NCBI GenBank assembly: GCA_918797485.1
Contig: CAKKNE010000005.1
Coordinates: forward strand, 3,534,001 to 3,598,000
Length of the DNA: 64,000 bases
Source: Pelagomonas calceolata
Taxonomy: Eukaryota
Reading direction: 5' to 3'
A program made the translations under genes and the position numbers. The notes beneath the pieces are model-generated. The model did not search any database. It saw only the letters and a list, made by a program, of their open reading frames with translations, and was not told the DNA's origin. This document shows positions 43,601-48,978 of this stretch, one piece after another (position 1 is the first letter of the stretch; every line of letters begins with the position of its first letter).

Positions 43601-45009
43601 TCCCCATGACCACCCGTCGCAGGCCACCCGTGACTGGACCCGCCCAGCCTCATCACTTCGTCCTCCCGCGCGTGGACGGCGCCGTCCAACGCTGAGACGG
43701 CTTCTCCCGCAAGGAATTGCGGCGCGTCGGCGACCTCCTCTAGTTCGATAATGGCCGTGGCCTCGGCAGACGCGCCCGCCTCGTCGACGACGCGCATGTC
43801 GATCGACGCTTCGCCGGAGAAGTCTCTGGGAGGCTCGAACCGCAACCCATCCAAAGCTCGATTCACAGCGTCGACGCCGCCCCTCAATACTAACGAAGAC
43901 GAGTTCGGAGGCCACGCGCCATCGCCTTCGGCCGTGGCGATATTTATGCCGACGGGTTTCGCCGCTAGGAGTAATCTACCAGTACTTGCTACTAAGTCGA
44001 GGGACACGTCGTCGGCGTCCGCATCCGTTACGACGATGCCTCTTACGGAAATCAGCGCGTCCTCGTCACCCTTCCAAAACATGTCGCCCAGGAACGACGG
44101 TTTTGCGTTCGTCGGAGAGACGCGTACCGAACACGTCGCCTCCGACATTCCTAGGGAAGTGCCGTTCAATTCAGTTAAACCCGTGAGCTCGAAGCGTATG
44201 GCGTGCGTGCCTCGCTTTGCGCCTTTGTACACTAGCAGTTGCGAAGCGACCATCCTTCTTAGTGAAGCCGGCGAGCTCAACACCAAAGATGTGGGCGTCG
44301 CCACGGACAGGAGGGAGTCCGTGCCGTTCAGGATGGACACAACAGATGGCGAGGACCACGCGAGCTTCATGACTGGATAATCCTCGACGCCTCCACTAAA
44401 AACGAGAGGTATACTGGTGGAAGCACCCTCCTGCACCACTACGGGGGCCGAGCCGCATCCCAATAAGGTGGGTGGCGCCGCTGGCGCGACGTCAATATCC
44501 AGTGACGAGGGAGGGCCTCCGTCGACCGACGCCGTCACGAGATCGGGCCCCGGCGTGCGAGGCGGTTCATACGTAATACCGCAGGTCCTCAGCAGTGCCG
44601 TCAGTCGCAATGGCGTCGCTTCCAGCGTCAGCGGCGCGTCCTTCACGAGACGGACGCCATGCGCATCATGCGCCGTCGGCTTTAAGGTGATAGCGCCGCG
44701 GTCCGCCCCTATGACCAGAGACACCATCGAATCACCTCCGTCCACGTCATTGATCGTTGCGTTGTCGAGCACGCAGATTTGTGAGCCACCAGCTTCTGCC
44801 GTTAACGCACCGGAAACAAGCAGCGTCGCCGCGTCGTCGATAGGAGCGACGACTATAGGTATGACGGTCGAGGCATTATCAGCGTCGGCGTCGGTCGTGA
44901 CCTCTACGGTAATTTCGTCGGCGCCGTAGAAGTCGGCCTGCGGCTCGTAGACCAGCCTGGGGGCAGCGGTCTGGAGCAGGGCAGCTGCCACGAGTAGCCG
45001 CAGCATCAT
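31693..45009 (-). CDS. Giant secreted protein (4438 aa) with cadherin-like/Ig repeats and a C-terminal ELWxxDGT beta-propeller
   Basis: Signal peptide MMLRLLVAAALLQTAA; many (P/A)VNDAP ... L.Y.P..D..G.D.L..(V/A).D repeats; ELWSTDGS, ELWASDGS, ELWKTDGT, LWATDGT. Confidence 0.85.
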   Translation of the reverse strand: MMLRLLVAAALLQTAAPRLVYEPQADFYGADEITVEVTTDADADNASTVIPIVVAPIDDAATLLVSGALTAEAGGSQICVLDNATINDVDGGDSMVSLVIGADRGAITLKPTAHDAHGVRLVKDAPLTLEATPLRLTALLRTCGITYEPPRTPGPDLVTASVDGGPPSSLDIDVAPAAPPTLLGCGSAPVVVQEGASTSIPLVFSGGVEDYPVMKLAWSSPSVVSILNGTDSLLSVATPTSLVLSSPASLRRMVASQLLVYKGAKRGTHAIRFELTGLTELNGTSLGMSEATCSVRVSPTNAKPSFLGDMFWKGDEDALISVRGIVVTDADADDVSLDLVASTGRLLLAAKPVGINIATAEGDGAWPPNSSSLVLRGGVDAVNRALDGLRFEPPRDFSGEASIDMRVVDEAGASAEATAIIELEEVADAPQFLAGEAVSALDGAVHAREDEVMRLGGSSHGWPATGGHGEVVSLVPNDLGSVDAVLSISIDHFTAFLLRNDTWLEHGVAVLQSDELRLSGTVQSLSAALADITLIPSQDWHGHARLRLNLTEDNIELAATTIELAIEGVQDAPVLIGAGPYEVEEDTYLPLAISLVDPDYDHAEAPDVTCSLRVSARSGSLHIKGGKAFAAASGAILFENDGIELKGTPSSITSTLAKLEYVSAPDWSGDDVVDVVADDGGGFPVSDALIATLALPIRVHAVADAPRVTSPSQVLFDEASKGVALGRNGTKTETPIPGVSVYDPDSEVVSVTLTATSGRVKVVGRVQDVESGAGTESPSSYQRTLSLRANQAALNAALSTLTWVPDDAIAERDGYISGSLKVEASDGVLTNATSISIRAAAYNDPPLITGDVEDVLMKEDSDWVSLPSLEASDDDDRALTLKVSARSEGALEVHSIKTSALITTRSTAVHVVRVVNASWNASQVERGAFRLVVDLTNIEGLPDGAATRATTEPIAFDAVARIADERTGSAGERLRESDGLDGDLSHQSVEAKLMSLPNVKRAGLRVSVTREDYAAFGSQHYDRYDSLGGARYVDDYQVRRSYYKSVGSRYSRPAPVNGGHEWRITFEGSTPEAASAPVLIHADASIWDGLKPSVETVRHANAIHGSFSVLVKGYSTSVRHNASSTDLERALMSLPSVTAVLVTRSGESESGGFEWHCTFMDSSVDLRVDGSHLRGEHASVTSSLLRARFGDPQLHRIDVSHDPHVSIHALSLKRGRNFMRIGLDTRNCSIYSGGSHYLASGSLRFTRPIPRIAPGSVEEEVDGMAEFNRGFDHAYPPHSLPGPNSSVEAHLLSLPNWGDLGEEASVSVSKHDNAGTTVWRVTFVNTPHALPLLRVLAVEGNDNLNRDVLALIDAEEDVWDLMNTSITRSKSYASRAGLKSRLSDEASAALEREASQLRGTWRVRWGADETWTRPLSTDATASSVKDALERLPSLQRPHPDRKALMVVSRARVPQGGFIYYIAFERDAYDSGDFQTDPSQLRGPSTKRCRVTRLRDATNAGTVRINAIASLSRIEGDPHSGSTSFVVKGAPHSISDVLQTWAFQPARNYHGRVVVDASVKDGRNATAYHGLSIEVANQNDAPSVLFRDGAGALAVDEDAEARMTGIEVVDVDAAPGEVHTVSIEALHGVLAVHQTATDARFGGEASYTETLRRGGLQEANRGTSTNPGVLKRMPVNTQRVHPEAASSVNGSLIIQGSLSTINSALSTLSYISHEDWHGVDTVSISAEDASNASTTAELLVRVRPVNDVPAWHVDSTQRDAEAAHHPSHASSAGRGTSLLYGRYDHLSDVHDASAFYRRNNATLSHGVCVPVISAAVDAPVAYGTCAAKWSSPEDDCVDEEGCVSCDDDERWCMLDQERWCYCSTQVDVVVVPSRYVDEDQGCVLVGGLSIHDADVRFVYGRDFSSEVAWPAHLQISAAVDDGVVALRAGDKRGASAVLDQAFEGDVFENLEVVSGDASQGSSVLVMRGTLGAINLALGGLCYQSDENWNGVDVLRLTARDGGDAAHGAGGIKTSEVRLAVHVRGTRDAPVVTAPLMDVEALEDAVIQFGGEKTSEIYVSSTFSVVDGDLEDLTKPLRRWLVPASESLDSINTKTWTGPWREANRFDSDSTDGTFAYVDANHPTWLGSIEPHADAGQVSSAKHAFTRTQVKDSYSLHISSRRGGLRLPLSKDDDKTWPHAIVLQNYTLFETNRALQGILYKPDLHWNSQHAAQTLADVGTAGGVIDHDIALENITVVIEDATGFSGTASVLFFVHPVNDAPVLQQQNEVTHLENASSDQLTRLRLSTSTILVAEDSTIDAIGLNVRDVDCGDVAHGAMDVSAVVHRGTLSVDATDATVTGAGDMLHIHGSPVDVSNALGSLAYTPSKDYAGDDALFVTASDRGNVGRGGAQQTSLEVPLFVDSSCDAPVITPVKKVVSTNEDAGVSIGFEVADADHANLKELYDLHKFREYLYTDEDGYTLNTSATRTSATFFPEVQVMLTAGNGTLTLDSSIRSALTFVQGKGVAESTVTFRSTLQHAQTALAHVSYEPARDYFTFPLVDVAADTVTLEVDDLGNDFGGLPEGLGQRCDSLKTTGSIRIQINAVNDRPHVAVPGSVYRGLPGGTDRSSLRRDLELIRVKPLTVDEDAILELGHLVSVDDDGDDPRAFPAAEGALTVSVEQGTFWMDCSGEELEVRDAPFATQEQSTENGWRTGSIRIRVTPEDRDRCLKSLRFRGLKDDHSLNSTEPRAHLTVGYEDGGYGSIHEAAGVRGCRACAPAYGTSVVEPSLFDVKTIPIIILPKADPPSIHSPYDDGVSVVVDEDHDLYLPSIKVIDPDDAEASYVLRASTTHGAISLGVDAWFQSPLRYEVGDGDADKSIVARGPLSAVNAALAGLLYKPPRDFTATDEIDLLVEDLTNFGRTASLSIPLRVAPSVTWNDAPVLRIPNETRVGTPCLAAPQSSLLRTRGVSDKLKEYPQCDRRLAVAAFANFAEDVPRKAFAGISVSDADGSRLKVTLVTLRGTLRVDRFDSLGLESLVKEPKRLEVRGEPELLNKAFAQLEYVTDPNWYGVDHLNITVHDAHNHYDKATILLDVASRPDAPYVEMRRDDEASYYRGTTGETRYDEGNWKRVLQFEVNAEEDRRIRLPSLRVRDLDAEANSETLEAATRGGMTAASAIRELVGGVQVPQAFENHKIEQDATLRLDISVEHGKISLCSIRCPGVLFVEAAHDRDASRRTGPATDGDVVRQGWPELVEGGRAATGEILQLLDAAPVRREDGLLTGTNLKWWRNATLRGTAANLNAALWDMHYWPALNYNSDDGRSRDHLSLTIADGDKAHTVDAAISIAAVNDRPVVRAARLETVSVTNKGDTQTTGDGLSLVAVGVNDDALVTTEDEPLPLTDLFTVRDVDTDAALEIAITTTHGRSSFSSQVSEVVFLEPSDFVMSRGSSHIKFLATEAKANSLLASLIFTPLRDWHGKASLTVTCNDRGGLSHSQAVKIRVRKANDAPVVTAPELAGGYALYLDQGGRGKLEGASHEEAGRYYRQTMWTEEEASAYVYDEDVIEYQYPSSLEAHLGYELWSSRPTRDYDVDLKFYDSEPIVGWESAPVHDISRPRYFVNYQERLFFAAEDDQHGAELWSTDGSITNMNADIMPGRRGSDPRYLTKYEDLLYFSAAGHAADEWRIDPKYRDECDSMRRASFDSDVAFVVSANNVWEPGKTYDCPRGWRWMNSEEALTVFTGRNYGPSQGGRDENPLKKRHDLATDEERVYYSQCGWEAWSYENVQREHFRFSDSHVTGLYKAASSPDSRRPDVDLVKGGWRGVSLKTSRFAGIVCRADPDSYDVAPSGRELWASDGSPQGTFRAVNSASHSDPQYLCVFDGALFFGAMSEHGRELHRFSKEDEDGRGVMRLVADVRRGPDGSDPKYLQSCGNVLWFVANDGLRGDELYASDGGLGYLNRDAGDSANDNVLYEQRGESGTRLARDIRPGKGSSSPDHFVCLNNVLLFAASDDGHGRELWRAAWADLTDSTTLQVTRVADVHQGAGSSSPEYLAVLHNKVYFSADDGRVGRELWKTDGTKAGTRLVADARLGSLGSSPRYLTRLDNRLFYVARTPDPADEVDRSIEAPVATRLWATDGTRANTKPVFDTTVMDLDRRSLDEGGGALASLKNALYYPARRGAMQLDGGLNGGHASQRKGRPQAFAVHDADDDVLTLVLDVLPREAGGLSLDVAPPPSIEVLAGDLTRDSTQTFRGTSAQLNLLLADLWFVAAPQYAGAVEIQASVRDDPLHCIANVTDGCERGENATGVATMRVFVRRHNQAPTVSLVKGPIGASADGWNRFEGFASIGDPDADDADLGVDASTGLRIEPRLVVTVTVQKGVVSLGATDARLSFIEGTGVEDRRVVVDASVEALNDALGVVTYACENCELGSDTISVEVDDGGFSGLGGPLTASGSVEVSIVRR

Positions 45010-45211
45010 TCTTCACCAGTCTTATGCGGAATCCATGCCTGACCACGGTCCAGTGCTTCGTCTGGGCTGGGGCGCTGCCCGCAAAGCCATCCAAGTCCGC
45101 TGAGATGGGAGAAGGTGCGGGGTCTCGCGCTCAAAGGCCGGACGGCCTTGGCCACCCAGAGAGAAATCACGGCCCGCACTTACCTCGTGGCCCCACGAGA
45201 CCTCATGTGTT

Positions 45212-45234
45212 TCTAGTGTCTTGTGGACGCTAGC
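45212..45234 (+). promoter_or_regulatory. Double-CTAG intergenic motif
   Basis: TCTAGTGTCTTGTGGACGCTAGC between divergent starts. Confidence 0.55.
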
Positions 45235-45318
45235 TAACTCTGCGGCTGTCTTGTCATCGATGCGTTTTGCCCTCAAACGAGGTAACAATGCATAACATGA
45301 GGGTGCCCTACCGATAAT

Positions 45319-47061
45319 ATGAGACTACTACCACTACTACTCGCGGGCGCTGGCGCCCTGCTGGCGCCCCCCCAACACTGGGCCAAACTGCACCTCAGCT
45401 CGACGCCGGCAAACATGCGCCTCAGGCTCGCCGCGGCGCCGGTCGAGCCCGAGATACCCGTCGCCGCCAGCGAGGTGCGGACCGACCTGACGGAGGAGCA
45501 GCGCGCCGCGTTACGAGCGTTCGCCGAGATCGACGTTGATGGAGACGGCGAGCTGACCGCCGACGAGATCTATCACGCGCTGTCGAAGAATGATGCGGAC
45601 GTGAGCCTCGAACACGTTAAAGAGCTTGTGGCCAAGGCCGACACCGACGGCAACGGCACCGTGAACCGGCAGGAATACCTCGCCGCCGTCGCCGCGGACG
45701 TCATGCCGACCATAATCGTCGACGCCGTCCCTGACGGCGTTATAGATATAGAGCCCGAGGAGCCCCGAGATGAGGCCGGCGCTGGAAGAGGAGGCGCAAG
45801 GTGGAGAGTAGTAGCAGCCTGGGCGCGCTGGGAGCGGGGCGGCCTCTTGTCGCATTTGGAAGAGGACGACCTCAATACCTTGAGAGACGCTTTAGCCGCG
45901 GCGGCGCCCGCCGCGGAGCTGGTCCAGACGTCGGCGGCCGACGCGCTGGAGGCGCGGCTGGAGATCGTCGAGGTCGTCCTGTGTGTGGGGGGAGACGCGA
46001 CGACGTGCGTCGCGGCCTTCGCCTCGGCCGCCGGTGGTACGGACGAGATAGGGGTGTCTTCATTAAGGAGGACGCTGGCGGCGCCCGTCGCCGCGGAGAG
46101 CGACCTCAAGCAGCAACATAATGCTGTGGACGCGTGGCTCGCCATCGATGCGTGCGCCGTCGATGTCAGACGCAAGGCCGCGGTCGAGACGACTGATGCT
46201 AGAGCATTAGTAGCGGAGCTCGCGACGACGGCCGTGGCATTGAGGCGGCTCGACCCTTTGAGGAGGAAGCGCGTCGCGCTGCAGGCGGTGCACGTGCATT
46301 TGCCATTAGGCGAATTATTAGGAGACACGCAGGCTAAAAGCCTCTCAGCACAGCAACAGGTCGCGTTTAGAAGATTATTGGACGACATCGAGGACCGGTC
46401 CTACGCGACGCTATTTCCCGAGTCGTACGCGCACGCGAAGCGCAACGTCGCCAAGGCAGCGGCGGCCGTCGGCCCGGCGGGCCCCGAGGCCTTTGCGGCG
46501 TCGTGTCGGGCGTCTTTATCGGAGACGATCGCGTCCTGCGATGTGTTACTCTCAAAATTTTTCCCGGACGACGCGACGGCGTTAACGCTGTCGGAGACGG
46601 CTCTGGTATTACCGCCCGCCGTGCGCGTCGAACGACGGTTAGTCGTGGAAGCTAGAGTCAAGACGGCCGCTTCCGCGTTGAGAAAGATGCTCGGCTCGGC
46701 GAACACGAAGGCCGTGCGCGACGTGCTCGGTTTACGGGTCATCGTGCTCGGCGCGCGCGCCGACGAGGACGCTCACCCTGATTCATTGTATGCCGTGCGC
46801 GACGCGCTGCACTGTTTGGGGAATGAGCTCAAGCATCGTTCCAAAGATTATGTGCGAGCGCCGAAGCCGTCGGGCTACCGGTCGCTCCACTCGACGCTGT
46901 TGCGGCCCTTGGACGGGTTGCTGGTCGAGGTCCAGGTGCGGTCGCGCGACATGCACTGGCACGCGACGTTCGGCGACGCGGCGCACGCGAAGTACAAGGT
47001 CGACCGGCGGGACCCGTTGTTGAGGGGCGCGGCGCAGAAGCTGCTGCCGGCCGCGGACTGA
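45319..47061 (+). CDS. Putative plastid RelA/SpoT homolog ((p)ppGpp synthetase) with two N-terminal EF-hands
   Basis: Signal peptide; EF loops DVDGDGELTADE and DTDGNGTVNRQE; synthetase motifs ARVKT..S..RKM, DVLGLRVI, KDYV..PKPSGYRSLH, EVQVRS..MH..A..G.AAH..YK. Confidence 0.85.
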   Translation: MRLLPLLLAGAGALLAPPQHWAKLHLSSTPANMRLRLAAAPVEPEIPVAASEVRTDLTEEQRAALRAFAEIDVDGDGELTADEIYHALSKNDADVSLEHVKELVAKADTDGNGTVNRQEYLAAVAADVMPTIIVDAVPDGVIDIEPEEPRDEAGAGRGGARWRVVAAWARWERGGLLSHLEEDDLNTLRDALAAAAPAAELVQTSAADALEARLEIVEVVLCVGGDATTCVAAFASAAGGTDEIGVSSLRRTLAAPVAAESDLKQQHNAVDAWLAIDACAVDVRRKAAVETTDARALVAELATTAVALRRLDPLRRKRVALQAVHVHLPLGELLGDTQAKSLSAQQQVAFRRLLDDIEDRSYATLFPESYAHAKRNVAKAAAAVGPAGPEAFAASCRASLSETIASCDVLLSKFFPDDATALTLSETALVLPPAVRVERRLVVEARVKTAASALRKMLGSANTKAVRDVLGLRVIVLGARADEDAHPDSLYAVRDALHCLGNELKHRSKDYVRAPKPSGYRSLHSTLLRPLDGLLVEVQVRSRDMHWHATFGDAAHAKYKVDRRDPLLRGAAQKLLPAAD

Positions 47062-47090
47062 TTGCTTGTGTTTATAATTTTGTGTCTGTC

Positions 47091-47801
47091 TTACCCGTAC
47101 GCCGCTTGCAGCTTTTTTACGGCGGGCGTGGCGTCCGGCGCCGGCGCGGTTTTGGGCGTCGGCGCCGCTTCCGTTTTGGGCGTCGGCGTTGGCGCTGGCG
47201 CAGTCGTCTTCTTCGACGGCCGACAACGCTTCATCGCGGCGCGGCAGACGGGGTAGACGAGCTTCGCGAGCTCCGCGTAGCCCCGCTTCGTGAGGTGGAG
47301 CCCGTCGTCCTCGAAGGCGTCGAGGGACGACGTGTCGACGACGCGGTCCTCGCCGAATTTCTCGACGATGAGTTCGTTCAGGCGGTAGCGCCGCTTCGTC
47401 AACCCAAAATCCGGGGACCGCTCCTCCGGGGCGGGCATCCTTGGCACCGTGCAAACCACGGCGACCGCTGATTCGACCGCTGTTTGATCGACCATCGCCG
47501 CCAGCGCGCCGACGATCTTCTCTTCTTCTATCTGAGGATAGGCGAGCAGGTCGTTCGTCCCGGCCAGGATGACGAAGAGCTTGGGCGGCAGGCGCCGGCG
47601 CTCCGCGATCTCGGTCGTCACCGCGTAGCGCTTGGCCATCGACACCGCCGTCTCGCCGTTGTTGCCGCACGTGATGACCTCGTGCTTGCCCTTGCCGCAT
47701 TCCTTGTCGAGGAGCTTCTGCAGGATGGCGCCGTAGGGGTATTTGTCCTCGCCCTGGCTGTAGCCACTTGTCAGGCTGTCTCCGAGGCAGACGATGCGCA
47801 T
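47091..47801 (-). CDS. SGNH/GDSL hydrolase
   Basis: IVCLGDSLT, GNNGET, LAGTND and DGLHL blocks. Confidence 0.85.
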   Translation of the reverse strand: MRIVCLGDSLTSGYSQGEDKYPYGAILQKLLDKECGKGKHEVITCGNNGETAVSMAKRYAVTTEIAERRRLPPKLFVILAGTNDLLAYPQIEEEKIVGALAAMVDQTAVESAVAVVCTVPRMPAPEERSPDFGLTKRRYRLNELIVEKFGEDRVVDTSSLDAFEDDGLHLTKRGYAELAKLVYPVCRAAMKRCRPSKKTTAPAPTPTPKTEAAPTPKTAPAPDATPAVKKLQAAYG

Positions 47802-47909
47802 AATGGTGGATAGGCTGCCCCTGTGGTCTTTGCTGTTTCTAATTACGCTCAAGTGCAGCTTTGCGACTGCTATGCCCACTAAACAAGCGCTGCGCACCGC
47901 GCTCCATTT

Positions 47910-47933
47910 GCTAGTGTCTTACATGCCGCTAAC
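47910..47933 (+). promoter_or_regulatory. Double-CTAG intergenic motif
   Basis: GCTAGTGTCTTACATGCCGCTAAC between divergent starts. Confidence 0.6.
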
Positions 47934-48114
47934 CCTAAGAAAATAGTGGAGTCAGCCGGCGGATCTGCGGCCAGTGCTCAGCCGACAACATTAAGTGGAC
48001 ATAGTGAAGGCCTTCATAGGGTCCTTCTGCTCCCTCGTGCTGCCGCGAGCCAACTGTATCTCAGCCGTCAGCCTTTGACGTGGCATACAAAGCCTGCCAC
48101 CGTCCGTGAGCACC

Positions 48115-48975
48115 ATGCGGCCGCAAAAGAGCATGCCAACCCTGTCCCTGCCTCCAGACGTTGTCGGCGCGATATTCCAGTTCCTCAAGCCCGCCCACGT
48201 CTTAGATGCCGCCCCGACAGCGAAAGCGTGGGCCGAGGCCGGCGAATCAAAATTAGTCTGGGACGGCCTGGTCGCGCAAACAGTCGATACCGCTGTCCGT
48301 GATGTGCTCGCTGTCGGCGGCGCATCAACTCACAACGCGAAAGCGGACGCGGCCGTGCGAAACGCCCTCGACCGCTGCGACCAGAAATCTAACAAATGGG
48401 CGGCAAAAAATCCAGCCCTGGCGAGCGCCAAGGCGAAAGCCTGGTACAAAATAGGCGTCGCCTTACCCCCCGTCACGGCCGCGGTCGTCGCCGAGGTGTT
48501 ACCGTATCGATGCGTCATCTCGTTAGACCGGCGCGTCTACGACTGCACGAAGTTCGTGTTCGAAGGCAGCCCCTACCACCACCCGGGCGGCTCGTCGAAC
48601 ATCCGGCGCGAGCATGGGAGGGACGTCGGGCGTTTTTTTGACATCTTCGCGCACGCAAAAAGCTGTGTGGAAATCAAATTTCAGGCGAATTACTTCTGCG
48701 TCGGCTCGAAGAACCTAACTCACTGGTTGATTTCCACACAGACTATGACCGCGCATCGGTTGATGCGCAAGGATATGCTCGCCTGGGACGGCCCGTTGCA
48801 CGCCGGCGCGCCGTCTCTCCCGGCTTGTGTGCTGACAAGGGCGCGGCGGCGACGACGCCACGTGAGCGAGGCATCTTCATCACGATTCTCGCTCGGCCAC
48901 CTCATCTTCGGAGCATCGTTAGCGATGCTGTGCCGCGTCGCGAGCCGCTGGACCTCGGCAATAGATCTAAGTTGA
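48115..48975 (+). CDS. F-box-like + cytochrome b5 heme-binding domain protein; join(48115-48654, 48742-48975)
   Basis: LSLPPDVVGAIFQFL...W F-box; VYDCTKF...HPGG...GRD...F...H|T..A..LM b5 motif; hydrophobic C-tail. Start 48115 or 48133. Confidence 0.7.
   Translation: MRPQKSMPTLSLPPDVVGAIFQFLKPAHVLDAAPTAKAWAEAGESKLVWDGLVAQTVDTAVRDVLAVGGASTHNAKADAAVRNALDRCDQKSNKWAAKNPALASAKAKAWYKIGVALPPVTAAVVAEVLPYRCVISLDRRVYDCTKFVFEGSPYHHPGGSSNIRREHGRDVGRFFDIFAHAKSCVEIKFQANYFCVGSKNLTHWLISTQTMTAHRLMRKDMLAWDGPLHAGAPSLPACVLTRARRRRRHVSEASSSRFSLGHLIFGASLAMLCRVASRWTSAIDLS
48655..48741 (+). mobile_element. Introner element (87-nt GC-AG intron, in frame, perfect 15-bp TIR)
   Basis: GCAAAAAG + CTGTGTGGAAATCAA ... TTGATTTCCACACAG. 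Confidence 0.85.
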
Positions 48976-48978
48976 AAA

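Noticed and set aside
45022..45288. 88-aa ORF upstream of the giant gene as a possible extra exon
   Set aside because: Crosses the promoter motif, has no recognisable domain, and the giant ORF already begins with a signal peptide
47929..47938. CTAACCCTAA telomere-like sequence
   Set aside because: Under two repeat units and overlapping the promoter motif; compatible with chance
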